Positions 9,314 to 19,309 are shown, counted from the first letter of the stretch. The stretch: DNA of 63,635 nt from an uncultured Candidatus Obscuribacterales bacterium (GCA_964600935.1 CAZRMH010000001.1:1-63635), one strand, 5' to 3'. Program-made: numbers and translations. The notes: a model not told the origin generated them from the sequence alone.

Positions 9314-10900
9314 TTATGCCTCTCCCGAACTGTTTGTAGGACCGGCGGTTGAAACCAGCTTGTGGTCCAGGTTTTCGCCTTGTCCTAATTGCAACTTACT
9401 TTCCAAAATATCTCGCTGTGTCGCAGTCGATTGCCCATCAGCAGTCACTTCAATTGGCTCACGATCAGCGATTTCGCCAGTTTCAATGGCTGGCTGATCG
9501 GCATTGGTTTCCAACTGCTCGTCTTTGTAATCCGGATCGCGGAATTGATCGAGCGATGCAACCACTTTGTCCATCAGCTTTTCGAATCCGGTGCGCGCTT
9601 TGATCGACTTGCCGCCAATCGACAAAATCAGACGACCAGGCTGTGTTTCGTCCTCATCAATACTGGCCCAGACATGTCGGTGTGGAATAGCAGCAAGCAT
9701 TACTCCGAGCATAATGAAACCGAATGCGGTGTAGACAATCGGCAGACCGGGATCGCATTTGTATTGCAATCCGGAAATCGGAATCACCCTCTTATATTCA
9801 ATTTCAACAGAACCCAGTTGCGCCTTGCTCTGCGGTTTAATGTTGGTGATGAACTTGGGAGCTTCCCATTCCGGTCTTTTGGCAAATACCTTTAGCGGTG
9901 AAGATTGATCCAGAAGGCTGAAGATCAAAACCGTTTTTTGATCGAGCGGCAGGAAGGCTGCGTACTTCTTGCCCATCGGTTGAAGCTCCATACGCTGATC
10001 GTTGCCGTTGAAACTCAAATCGATTACATCCAGTCCCCAGCTCGATTGATAAATATCTACGCCATCGAAGGTGAGCGGGTTGTTCACCGAAATTTCACCG
10101 CTTTTGAGTACTTTGTTCTTACCGTCGATCACCGACAGATTCGAATACCACTGTTTCGCTTCGCCGGATTCATAGTTCTCTCTTCTTGTGCTGTCGACTT
10201 TGACGCTCCAGGCAGGCAGTTTACCGATCCATAACTTGCTGTGATCTGATTTTCCAAGCGACATCATGTCGCCCATCCGCACAGGCTGGAAACCGGAGAA
10301 TCCGGTCCAAGACGTCACCGTCACTCCGGCGAGCAAGCTCAATAAACCGATATGAGTGACAGTAGCCGCCAATCGGCCATACTTACCATACTCGGCAGCC
10401 ACCGAATTGTTTTGAACGCGAACCGTGAAACGTCGCTTTCCAAGCTCATTGGTGACGGTCGAAAGAACAGCTGCCGCAGTCGCAGATTTATCAAGATAAA
10501 TTTTTCTGTGGACCGGCATCTTTTGAATGGCTGTGCCCTGGAGAAAGGGCATGAGCACTCGGATAAGACGAGCCTTTGGAAAGACGCGCTGAAAACTGAC
10601 TGCCACCATATTCACTGTCATCATGGCAATCAGGAAGAGGAACCAGGGGCTGTGATAAATGTCTGAAATGCCGTACTGAATGAGATACTTGCCCATCTCA
10701 GTACCAAAGGTCTCGAAAACCTTTTCGCGTCCGACTTGCGATTCTTGCGGGCACCAGGCACCGATCAAGATTGTCAACGCAGTAAGAGACATGAGCGTAA
10801 TCGCGAGTTCCAGGCTGGCGAAAACCGAGATTTGGTTCTTACTAGTTGGATTCTCGTTAGTCATTTTGATTTGTGATGGAATCCCCGAAGAACGAAACAT
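9314..10900 (-). CDS. ccsB: cytochrome c biogenesis protein CcsB/ResB (Ccs1)
   Basis: 528 aa with N-terminal TM segments, a large soluble loop and a C-terminal TM segment. Only 1 nt separates it from ccsA. The start may be the ATG at 10864 (MTNENP...). Confidence 0.8.
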   Translation of the reverse strand: MFRSSGIPSQIKMTNENPTSKNQISVFASLELAITLMSLTALTILIGAWCPQESQVGREKVFETFGTEMGKYLIQYGISDIYHSPWFLFLIAMMTVNMVAVSFQRVFPKARLIRVLMPFLQGTAIQKMPVHRKIYLDKSATAAAVLSTVTNELGKRRFTVRVQNNSVAAEYGKYGRLAATVTHIGLLSLLAGVTVTSWTGFSGFQPVRMGDMMSLGKSDHSKLWIGKLPAWSVKVDSTRRENYESGEAKQWYSNLSVIDGKNKVLKSGEISVNNPLTFDGVDIYQSSWGLDVIDLSFNGNDQRMELQPMGKKYAAFLPLDQKTVLIFSLLDQSSPLKVFAKRPEWEAPKFITNIKPQSKAQLGSVEIEYKRVIPISGLQYKCDPGLPIVYTAFGFIMLGVMLAAIPHRHVWASIDEDETQPGRLILSIGGKSIKARTGFEKLMDKVVASLDQFRDPDYKDEQLETNADQPAIETGEIADREPIEVTADGQSTATQRDILESKLQLGQGENLDHKLVSTAGPTNSSGEA

Positions 10901-10924
10901 TTATCGAAGCCGGCGGGATGCGAC

Positions 10925-12007
10925 TCAAGTCGTTCGTGTCATTACATAATCGGCAAGAGAAGCCAGAGCAGTTTTGTAAGCAGAATCTTTCAGCACGCTC
11001 AAAGAAGCGATACTGTCGTTAGCATAGCGTTGAGCAAGTGCTACGGTCTCTTCCACTCCGCCATTGTCTCGAATGATTTTCAACGCTTCTTCCGAACCTG
11101 CATCAGACGTGATTTCGCGCGAGTCGATCAAATGTTTCAAGCGCGCCGACGCCTCATTATTTTTCTCGAGGATAAACATTGCCGGAGCCGTAACTACGCC
11201 GTTGCGAAGATCGCTCCCCACAGCCTTGCCGGTATCCTTCGTCGAACCAGTGATGTCGAGCAGATCATCGACGATTTGAAAACAAATACCCAGGTTTAAA
11301 CCATAATCTTTCAAAGATTGAATGGTGTCGTTCGAGCAGCCGTTCAAAATCGCGCCACTGTGACTTCCAGCTCCAAACAACGAAGCAGTTTTCGAAACTG
11401 ATTTGTCGATGTAGGCATTCCAATCTACGCTGGTGTTGAACTGCTGCCGCATCTGTTTAATTTCACCAGAGCACAAATCGCCAAGCACCTGACCATAGAT
11501 TCCGACGACGACCGGATTCATAATTCGTGCCAGACAGATCGACGCTTGAGCGAAGAGCAAATCGCCCATGAGAACGGCAATTCTGTCGTTCCATTTTTTG
11601 TTGATCGTTTCTTGGCCGCGGCGCATCGACGCTTTGTCGATCACGTCGTCGTGCACCAGACTGGCGGTGTGAATCAATTCCGTCAGAACGGCAAGAATGA
11701 TATGCAGGCGACTGAGCTCACCGACTTCGCGCGCTGTCGCTTTGGAGGTGAGCAGAACAATAAGCGGACGAATTCGCTTACCGCCGGCAGCGAAGATTTG
11801 CTTGAGCAATTCTTCGACGAAAGCGTTGTCGTCGATTAAGTTTGATTTGAGCCAATCTTCAACCAAAGCCATCTCGTCGCTAACGAGATCGAACATTGAT
11901 GTCAAAGATGGTGTTCCTGCAAATGTTGCAGATGGGTGACCGGATGCTGACTTCATAACCCTTTTCGAGTTGTCAAAGATATGAGAGTAGCTTTTCATAC
12001 TGAGCAT
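10925..12007 (-). CDS. long-chain trans-polyprenyl diphosphate synthase (solanesyl/octaprenyl-type)
   Basis: First Asp-rich motif LVHDDVIDKASMRRG and second FQIVDDLLD. The N-terminal start is uncertain because several in-frame Met codons are present. Confidence 0.85.
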   Translation of the reverse strand: MLSMKSYSHIFDNSKRVMKSASGHPSATFAGTPSLTSMFDLVSDEMALVEDWLKSNLIDDNAFVEELLKQIFAAGGKRIRPLIVLLTSKATAREVGELSRLHIILAVLTELIHTASLVHDDVIDKASMRRGQETINKKWNDRIAVLMGDLLFAQASICLARIMNPVVVGIYGQVLGDLCSGEIKQMRQQFNTSVDWNAYIDKSVSKTASLFGAGSHSGAILNGCSNDTIQSLKDYGLNLGICFQIVDDLLDITGSTKDTGKAVGSDLRNGVVTAPAMFILEKNNEASARLKHLIDSREITSDAGSEEALKIIRDNGGVEETVALAQRYANDSIASLSVLKDSAYKTALASLADYVMTRTT

Positions 12008-12144
12008 GTAACGTCAATGTTTTAGCCAATAATCTCAATCAAAGTACAAGAGAAGAATAGGCTCGAATTAGAAGCGATTCATTCAAACCTCGAAATTTGC
12101 GGTTTGGTATGTGCTCAGAGATGGCAAGACATGATCGGAGTCTT

Positions 12145-12160
12145 AGATTGGTAGTATAGT
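12145..12160 (+). promoter_or_regulatory. 16-nt promoter-proximal motif AGATTGGTAGTATAGT (second copy at 44667-44682)
   Basis: Ends 30 nt before the GTG at 12191. The other copy matches 15/16 positions and ends 33 nt before the ATG at 44716. TATAGT could act as a -10 element. Confidence 0.3.
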
Positions 12161-12190
12161 CATCGGCAAAAAAGACAGGGGGACGCGTGC

Positions 12191-12691
12191 GTGTTTGAGG
12201 AACTGAGACAAAAGCTTCTTTCCGGGCAAATTAGCTTTTCGCAAGCTTTGCCTGAGGCGCTTCCAAAACTCCGCGGGCGAGTCACAGACGACAACTTATT
12301 ATGGCTATCCAGCGAACTGCAGGGATACGCGGATGCCTTGACCTTTTACCAATCAGCCAATCACGGATTGCCCGTCTATCGCGCGGTACCGGGTGCCCTC
12401 TACATAATCCGTCCCGATGGTTCATTCGAACCGCTAAATCACCCATACGCCTCACGAGATAAGTTTTTTCTTGGCGCACCGATCAGCTGGATCGAAGAAT
12501 TTGCTAACCTGCAAGGCGACGAATCACTGGTTGAGTTGGCTGAATTCGGTGCTTTCATATCAAAATCCGGTGGCGGCGGGGTCGTCTGCGCATGTCCGAA
12601 GGCTGAATTAAAGCGCATCATTGCTACATTTAGAAATGAGTTCATTAAACTGCTGGACCGAGTCGATAAAGCCCAAGGTTCTGCTCAGTAG
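12191..12691 (+). CDS. hypothetical protein, possibly AbiTii-like N-terminal domain
   Basis: 166 aa with a GTG start. LLWLSSELQGY....LPVYRAVPG resembles the W..EL.GY...LP.YR..G pattern I associate with AbiTii-domain proteins. Not verified. Confidence 0.4.
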   Translation: MFEELRQKLLSGQISFSQALPEALPKLRGRVTDDNLLWLSSELQGYADALTFYQSANHGLPVYRAVPGALYIIRPDGSFEPLNHPYASRDKFFLGAPISWIEEFANLQGDESLVELAEFGAFISKSGGGGVVCACPKAELKRIIATFRNEFIKLLDRVDKAQGSAQ

Positions 12692-12715
12692 TTTAGTTGA
12701 AACGAAAACGCCGTC

Positions 12716-12733
12716 GCACCATATATAGTATCG
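12716..12733 (+). repeat. second copy of the 18-nt motif (GCACCATATATAGTATCG)
   Basis: Matches 6044-6061 at 17/18 positions and has the same placement just after a + strand stop codon. Confidence 0.4.
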
Positions 12734-12807
12734 TCTCTGAGCGGATTTCGATCGTTTTGCCGCACGTCCGGTTGGGAACGTTTTGTTGAAAACTCGCCAA
12801 TCGCCGC

Positions 12808-14694
12808 CTATCGGCTCAAATCTGATTGGATCGGACACATGATGTGAGCAACATCGCTTTTCATCTGGTTATGATACGCTTCTATACAACGCATCAATTT
12901 CATATTGACCGGATCAGCCAATAGTTGTCGAAATCGATGGTCCAGTGCCAGTTTTTGAAATCTAGCATCTACCAATAGAGCAAGAAATCTGGCGTCACTC
13001 ATAACCATTTGCACACCCTTATTGCGAGCGAACTTGGCGATAGCCGAAGAATTCTTTTTATTCGACCAGATTTTCCAAAGCTTCGGCGAGCACACCCATT
13101 CTTTAACGATCGGGTCGGACCAGCCCCCTGCCAACTTCGCATCATTCCAGAGCGTCGTCAACTGCGGTGCCAGCTCAATCATCTCTTTGGTTTTGAACAG
13201 ATTACGCATGTCCTGGTTGTGCCACATGTGATGAAGCTTTCCGGATCGAATTGCTTCACGAGTTTCCGGATCTTCAGCAAATTTTTTCATCGAAGGAGTG
13301 CTTTCTATTTCTTCCAGCAACTCATCGGCGCTCTTTTTCGAGTATTCAGGAATTCGATCCCAAGATTTTTTCTTACGACGGGAGCTCTCTCTTGGACGCC
13401 CGCTCGATGCCTCTTTGGCCGAGTCGGTGATACCATCGTTGATCACGGTAGCGGTAGCTTCTCCCATAAAAGCAGGTGCTTCTAAAGTCTTTATCTTGAG
13501 AACTTTTGCATCTTTCAACTTCCCCTGAAACTGAAAAAACAAAATCCAACCGGCTGACACAAACAAGATCGCAAAAACAAGTATGGCTTTGCGATGAGCG
13601 AAAACAAAAGCCCATGTCGCGTCAAGTTTTTTCGCCAAAATCGTCAGGATATTTTTTTCGCGATCAGCTTCTAGCAGATGTGGGTCATGGGCTAACTGTG
13701 CAAAACTGGCAGCCAAAGCCAATCTTGCTCTTGACAGTTCTTGCAGTCCTTCCAAAGCAGCGCGCAGTTCTGACGCCGATTGAAATCGATGTTCAGGCTC
13801 TTTCTCCAGTGCCTTCGCTACCAGCTCTTCAATTTCCACAGGAAACTCAACACCACAATCAGTATCATTCAACAGCAGTGGCACTGTATCGCGATGCATC
13901 TGAATAGTGTCGAGAAAGGTTTCGCCCTGAAGCGGTGGTGAGCCTGTCAGAGTTTTATACATTAAACAACCGAGCGAATAAATATCGGAGCGCACATCGG
14001 CTTCTACTCCGCCGGCTTGCTCGGGGCTCATGTAGAGCGGGCTGCCGACGCGGATTCCGGTGGTTGTAAGTTTCTGACTATCATCGGCAGACTGCAGTTT
14101 CGCCAAACCAAAATCAACAATCTGCACATTGCCTTCTTGTCGTTCCGAAAACATCACATTCGATGGTTTGACATCTCTATGTAGAATGCCATTTTTATGC
14201 GCGTGTTGAAGTCCGGCAGCTATTTGAATAAAAATCGGTAGAGCTTTGTCTAGTGCAATTCGCTTTTTCTGGTTGATGACGTCTTCGAGACTCGTCGTCC
14301 CCACGAAATCCATAATCAAAAATAGATCACCATTCGGTGTCTGCCCAAAATCGAGAACTTTGACGATATTCGCATGATCGAGGCGGGCTGCCGCTTTCGC
14401 TTCTTGTTGAAAACGAATAATCGCTTCACTGGAAAGACCAGGCAACAAAATTTTGACAGCTACTGTTTTCTCCAAAGACGAATCTACGGCTTGATAGACC
14501 GCACCCATTCCACCACTTCCCAGTTTCTTGACTATTTGATAGCGCTCGCCAAAAGACGGCGCATCCGGGGGCAAAGTTGTCCGCTGCGGATAACTGGACA
14601 TGTGTCGGGTTTCCTTGGTCTGCCATGTAGTATGCTTTGAAAGTCGTACAAAGGATATTCCCTGGGATCGATCGTTTTTCGCGCCGATACTCAT
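12808..14694 (-). CDS. Hanks-type Ser/Thr protein kinase with one TM segment and a large C-terminal domain
   Basis: LGSGGMGAVY, VAVKIL, canonical HRDVKPSNVMF, DFGLAK and SPEQA, then the TM segment ILVFAILFVSAGWILFF. The likely true start is the ATG at 14601 (MSSYPQ...). Confidence 0.9.
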   Translation of the reverse strand: MSIGAKNDRSQGISFVRLSKHTTWQTKETRHMSSYPQRTTLPPDAPSFGERYQIVKKLGSGGMGAVYQAVDSSLEKTVAVKILLPGLSSEAIIRFQQEAKAAARLDHANIVKVLDFGQTPNGDLFLIMDFVGTTSLEDVINQKKRIALDKALPIFIQIAAGLQHAHKNGILHRDVKPSNVMFSERQEGNVQIVDFGLAKLQSADDSQKLTTTGIRVGSPLYMSPEQAGGVEADVRSDIYSLGCLMYKTLTGSPPLQGETFLDTIQMHRDTVPLLLNDTDCGVEFPVEIEELVAKALEKEPEHRFQSASELRAALEGLQELSRARLALAASFAQLAHDPHLLEADREKNILTILAKKLDATWAFVFAHRKAILVFAILFVSAGWILFFQFQGKLKDAKVLKIKTLEAPAFMGEATATVINDGITDSAKEASSGRPRESSRRKKKSWDRIPEYSKKSADELLEEIESTPSMKKFAEDPETREAIRSGKLHHMWHNQDMRNLFKTKEMIELAPQLTTLWNDAKLAGGWSDPIVKEWVCSPKLWKIWSNKKNSSAIAKFARNKGVQMVMSDARFLALLVDARFQKLALDHRFRQLLADPVNMKLMRCIEAYHNQMKSDVAHIMCPIQSDLSR

Positions 14695-14789
14695 TCTTAA
14701 TCAAATTAGAGTTGTTAAAATAATCAAATTGGCGAAACGATGCAGCTGTGAGGCTGCCCAAAAATTTATGAAAAATTCTGAGGTCGAAA

Positions 14790-15995
14790 ATGTCAGCAAC
14801 AAAAACCAAGAATAATTTGATCGATCGCATACAGGCGCAGCTGGAAGCAGAATCGATCGATGGATGGTTGTTTTACTATTTCAAAAACAATGATCCAATC
14901 GCGCTGAACATCCTCGGAATGACTGAAGGGCACATGACGCGCCGCTGGTTCTACTACGTGCCTGCTAAAGGCGAACCGGTCAAATTAGTGCATGGAATCG
15001 AGCTTGACGTGCTCGACAATCTGCCCGGCGAGAAATCAGTATATGTAGGTTGGAAACAATTAGAGGATAGGCTGAGCGAAATAATCGGCGATGCCAAAAA
15101 TATCGCCATGCAATACTCTCCGAAAAATGCCGTTCCTTATGTATCACGAGTTGATGCGGGCACCGTAGAACTTTTGAGATCAATTGGCAAGAACGTCGTA
15201 TCGTCGCAAAATCTAGTGCAGTCATTCGAAGCGGTCTGGACCAGAGCACAGTTGGAAACTCACATATATGCAACAGAGAGCCTGAGAAAGTGCATCTTCG
15301 AAGCATTCGCTCGAGTAAAAGAACTAATCAACAGAGGCGAAGCGGTCACGGAGTACGACATTCAGCAGTTCATCATGAGTCGATTCGATCATTACGAGAT
15401 GACGACTTACTCGCCACCGATCGTCGCCGTAAACTCGAACAGTGGAAAGCCGCACTATCAACCGAGTAAGGATATTTTCTCACCGATTAAGAAAGACGAT
15501 TTTCTCTTGCTCGATATTTGGGCAAAACGTAAAGACGTCAGTGATGCCATATATGGTGACATCACCTGGACAGGATTCGTGGGAACGGAAGTGCCGACCA
15601 AGTACGTCAAAATATTCGATATCGTCCGTGGTGCACGTGATGCAGCATTGCAATATGTGGAAAAGGCAGTCGATAAAGACGAAGTTCTGCACGGCTGGAA
15701 AGTTGACGATGTTGCGCGAAATTATATTCGGGAACGAGGTTACGCCGATTATTTCATCCATAGAACCGGACATTCGATTGGTACGGAAGTGCACGGCAAC
15801 GGCGCCAATTTAGATAATTTGGAAACTAAGGACGAGCGGATCCTGATCTACAATCACGGTTTCTCAATCGAACCAGGAATCTACCTTGACGAATTCGGCG
15901 TACGCAGCGAGATTGACGTGTACATCGAGAAAGGCAAAACGATAGTTGCCGGTCAACCGATTCAAGAGAAAATCATTCCAATTCTGGCTGATTGA
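14790..15995 (+). CDS. M24-family Xaa-Pro peptidase/aminopeptidase
   Basis: 401 aa. The C-terminal pita-bread fold motifs DIWAKR..DAIYGDIT, HRTGHSIGTEVHG and GFSIEPGIY are present. Confidence 0.8.
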   Translation: MSATKTKNNLIDRIQAQLEAESIDGWLFYYFKNNDPIALNILGMTEGHMTRRWFYYVPAKGEPVKLVHGIELDVLDNLPGEKSVYVGWKQLEDRLSEIIGDAKNIAMQYSPKNAVPYVSRVDAGTVELLRSIGKNVVSSQNLVQSFEAVWTRAQLETHIYATESLRKCIFEAFARVKELINRGEAVTEYDIQQFIMSRFDHYEMTTYSPPIVAVNSNSGKPHYQPSKDIFSPIKKDDFLLLDIWAKRKDVSDAIYGDITWTGFVGTEVPTKYVKIFDIVRGARDAALQYVEKAVDKDEVLHGWKVDDVARNYIRERGYADYFIHRTGHSIGTEVHGNGANLDNLETKDERILIYNHGFSIEPGIYLDEFGVRSEIDVYIEKGKTIVAGQPIQEKIIPILAD

Positions 15996-17071
15996 AATTG
16001 TTGAAAACCAATCAAAACTCTTACATCAATTTGCGAGAACTGGAAAGCTTTGCCAGTGAAAAACTGCAGCAGATGACCTTCGAGTACTATGCTGGCGGGG
16101 CCGGCGATGAAATCACGCTGCGCGACAATATTGAAGCGTTCGATCGGATTAAACTGCGACCAAAGATGCTGGTTGATCTAAGTGGGCTCACGATGGCAGT
16201 CGATTTGTTCGGCACATCCATCGATATGCCAGTGTTGATTGCGCCCATGGCGTTTCATCGCCTGGCACATGAGGAGGGTGAAGAGGCTATGGCAAAAGCC
16301 GCAGCCAGAGCCAATACAATCATGACCGTCAGCACTCTGGCGACGGCTTCGCTGGAAGAAATTGCAAACGCTTCAAACGGTCCCTTATGGTTTCAGCTAT
16401 ACGTCTACAAAGACAGAGCGATCACAGTTGATCTCGTGTCTCGCGCCAAAGCCGCTGGATATAAGGCTATCGTGCTCACCGTAGATTCGCCGGTCCTGGG
16501 AAAACGACATCGCGATCTGAAAAAGCAACAGTTGAAGATGGGAAATCTCTCGACAGATTTGCAAGATCTTCCAGCAGTGGAGTCCGGTTCGGGCTTAGCA
16601 GCGTATATTGCTTCTCTTTACGACGTCTCTTTGACATGGAAAGATCTGGAATGGATAGTTGGGTTAACCGATTTGCCTATTTTAGTCAAAGGTGTTTTAC
16701 GGGCTGATGATGCAAGACAATCGATTGCCAGCGGTGCCAGTGGCATCATTGTTTCCAATCATGGAGGTCGTCAATTGGATTCGACAATCGCCACTATCGA
16801 CGCATTATCGGAGATTGTGCAAGCAGTGGAAGGCAGAGTTCCCGTCCTTCTCGATGGTGGTATCAGGCGTGGTACCGATGTTCTCAAAGCCCTGGCTCGT
16901 GGCGCGCGCGCCGTGCTCATGGGTCGACCTTGCTTGTGGGGACTGGCCCTGGATGGCGAACAAGGTGTGTTTCGGGTGTTGGAAACCTTAAAAGACGAAT
17001 TAGAAAACGCCCTGATGCTGTCAGGTTACCCGGATGCGAAAGCCGTGACAGCGGACTTAATCGGAGAATAA
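15992..17071 (+). CDS. FMN-dependent alpha-hydroxy-acid oxidase/dehydrogenase (lactate/glycolate oxidase family)
   Basis: 359 aa. FEYYAGGAGDE, APMAFHRLAH, WFQLYVYKDR, VSNHGGRQLD and DGGIRRGTDV. The TTG start overlaps the upstream stop (TTGA at 15992-15995). Confidence 0.85.
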   Translation: MKLLKTNQNSYINLRELESFASEKLQQMTFEYYAGGAGDEITLRDNIEAFDRIKLRPKMLVDLSGLTMAVDLFGTSIDMPVLIAPMAFHRLAHEEGEEAMAKAAARANTIMTVSTLATASLEEIANASNGPLWFQLYVYKDRAITVDLVSRAKAAGYKAIVLTVDSPVLGKRHRDLKKQQLKMGNLSTDLQDLPAVESGSGLAAYIASLYDVSLTWKDLEWIVGLTDLPILVKGVLRADDARQSIASGASGIIVSNHGGRQLDSTIATIDALSEIVQAVEGRVPVLLDGGIRRGTDVLKALARGARAVLMGRPCLWGLALDGEQGVFRVLETLKDELENALMLSGYPDAKAVTADLIGE

Positions 17072-17074
17072 TCC

Positions 17075-18022
17075 ATGTCTAATACGGCAACACCGCGAAT
17101 AGTATCACTAATTGCCAGTTCCACTGAAATTGTTCATGCGCTTGGAATGGGACAATACATGGTCGGGCGCTCGCACGAATGCGACTATCCGTCGTCGATA
17201 AAGAACCTTCCGGTTTGCACAGGCCCGAAGTTTCAAACCGACGGAAGCAGCTACGAAATAGATCAACGCGTCAAAGCAATCGTGCAAGAATCGCTTTCCG
17301 TCTACAAAGTCTACGCCGAAGTTTTAGAAGAATTGAAACCATCGCATATAATCACCCAGGCGCAATGCGAAGTCTGCGCAGTCAGCCTAAAGGACGTAGA
17401 GGAAGCAGCCTGTCATTTGATCACTTCGCAACCGCAGATAGTATCACTGCAGCCTGATTGTTTAGAAGATATCTGGTCTGACATTCGCAAAGTCGGAGAT
17501 GCACTAGGTATTTCAACAAAAGCGGAGCAATTGATCGAAACTCTAAAACAGCGCATCTTCGAGATAAATGGACTGGCGGAGATGCTCAGTTTAAAAGAAA
17601 AAACACCGACTGTTGCTGTGGTCGAATGGATAGAACCTTTAATGGCTGCCGGAAATTGGATGCCTGAATTGGTCCGCTTAGCGGGCGGCGAGAATTTATT
17701 CGGTGAAGCCGGAAAACACTCTCCCTGGATGAAGTGGGACGACATTATCGAGAAAGATCCTGATGTGATAATTGTCACTCCATGCGGTTTCGATAATGAG
17801 AGAACACTGAAAGAAATGCATCTGATTTCAGGTCAGCCGGGATACAACCAACTGAAAGCGGTTAAAAACGGTCGAGTCTACGTTGCCGACGGGAATCAGT
17901 ATTTCAATCGCCCCGGTCCAAGGGTAGTTGAATCGCTCGAAATGATGGCCGAGATGATTCATCCGCAAGCTTTCAATTTCAACCACGAAGGCAGCGGTTG
18001 GATAGAGTACAAAGTCGGTTAA
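17075..18022 (+). CDS. BtuF/FhuD-like periplasmic-binding-fold (cobalamin/iron-chelate binding type) protein without an obvious signal peptide
   Basis: RIVSLIASSTEIVHALGMGQYMVGRSHECDYP at the N-terminus is typical of the PBP class III fold. No ABC permease or ATPase gene is adjacent. Confidence 0.6.
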   Translation: MSNTATPRIVSLIASSTEIVHALGMGQYMVGRSHECDYPSSIKNLPVCTGPKFQTDGSSYEIDQRVKAIVQESLSVYKVYAEVLEELKPSHIITQAQCEVCAVSLKDVEEAACHLITSQPQIVSLQPDCLEDIWSDIRKVGDALGISTKAEQLIETLKQRIFEINGLAEMLSLKEKTPTVAVVEWIEPLMAAGNWMPELVRLAGGENLFGEAGKHSPWMKWDDIIEKDPDVIIVTPCGFDNERTLKEMHLISGQPGYNQLKAVKNGRVYVADGNQYFNRPGPRVVESLEMMAEMIHPQAFNFNHEGSGWIEYKVG

Positions 18023-18166
18023 CAATTGCTGTGCGAAGTTCTAAAGTCCTGTTTTAGCGCGCAACCGCTGGCTTTCGATTGATCTCAAATTAGACAGACA
18101 TGCATTCTTCTGATATAAGAATATATTGAGCGCCAACCACTTCCGGCATAGGCTCAAGGAACCTGA

Positions 18167-18832
18167 GTGCGTTATTCAACCATCCTTTTCGACTTTGACG
18201 GCACACTAACTCACTCACTGCCATTGTGGATGAGAGCTTATCAGTTTGCCCTCTCACAATATGGAATCGACTTGCCATCCGACCAGGTGATTGGCAAATG
18301 TTTCTATCGCCCCTGGGAAGATCTCGTCGCCGACTTCGAATTACCATCGATTATCGATTTCAGCGCGCATGTGCACACGGGGCTGGAAGCAGCCATGCCT
18401 GAAGCTATTTTGTTTGACGACGTCATGTCTGTTTTAGAGACTTGCCGAGAACGTGATATCAAACTCGGTATCGTGACTTCGTCGACAAAATCGGTAGTGA
18501 AAAAATTTCTTTCTGAAAACAACATGGAAGGTTTATTCAATACCGTAATCACAGCCAACGATATAACCAATTTCAAGCCTCATCCGGAACCAGTGTTCAA
18601 AGCACTGGCAGAAATCGATAGCGACGTCGAATCGAGTTTATTCGTCGGGGATTCTTCAGCCGATATGCTCGCCGCGGAAAATGCCGGGATGCACAAAGCT
18701 CTGTTTCTTCCCGACGAACATACAATTTATTATGACTTCGTACAACTCCGAGCACATCAACCTCATTTTGTTTTCCACAAGTACTCAGAACTACTGACAG
18801 CGTTGGAATCAGCAACTTCGGTTTCCAGCTGA
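18167..18832 (+). CDS. HAD-superfamily hydrolase (phosphoglycolate phosphatase/PpaX-like)
   Basis: ILFDFDGTLT motif I, VTSS motif II and FVGDSSADMLAAENAG motifs III/IV. GTG start. Confidence 0.8.
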   Translation: MRYSTILFDFDGTLTHSLPLWMRAYQFALSQYGIDLPSDQVIGKCFYRPWEDLVADFELPSIIDFSAHVHTGLEAAMPEAILFDDVMSVLETCRERDIKLGIVTSSTKSVVKKFLSENNMEGLFNTVITANDITNFKPHPEPVFKALAEIDSDVESSLFVGDSSADMLAAENAGMHKALFLPDEHTIYYDFVQLRAHQPHFVFHKYSELLTALESATSVSS

Positions 18833-18949
18833 TTAGGTTTCAAATTCCTTTCGTTACCGGGTTAATAACCACGACTTCTAAAGAAATATTCGACGGCAGA
18901 CAAGTCAGGTGTGGTAAGTTTTACGTGGAACCCTTGATTTGCGGATGCG

Positions 18950-19309
18950 ATGCGCCGAAACTTTCACAGCACTGCCATACTATTCGTCTTCCTGTTCACA
19001 CAGTTCGTCTCGATGTACAGTGGACTGCAGTTTATCGCGTCTCCGTGCGACTTTGACAACATCGATGACATTAGTCTAGAAGATGTAGTGGCACTCGATC
19101 CGTTTCTTGCCGGAAGCACTTTCAGCGTTTCACAGACCTTACCAATATCGCAAACACCATTCCTGCCAGAACTGGCGTTCATCCGCAGTTGGCACATCGT
19201 GCTCGAGCGAGCGACGCCAGTGAAAACAGCGTTTTTCGAACGCAATCAAACCGTGGCGCTGAGGCATGATAAGGGATTGTGGCTGGCTAACAGGGTCTTA
19301 ATCATCTAG
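18950..19309 (+). CDS. hypothetical protein with hydrophobic N-terminus
   Basis: A 119-aa ORF directly upstream of the RND pump. No recognisable motif and no clear SD. Confidence 0.3.
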   Translation: MRRNFHSTAILFVFLFTQFVSMYSGLQFIASPCDFDNIDDISLEDVVALDPFLAGSTFSVSQTLPISQTPFLPELAFIRSWHIVLERATPVKTAFFERNQTVALRHDKGLWLANRVLII

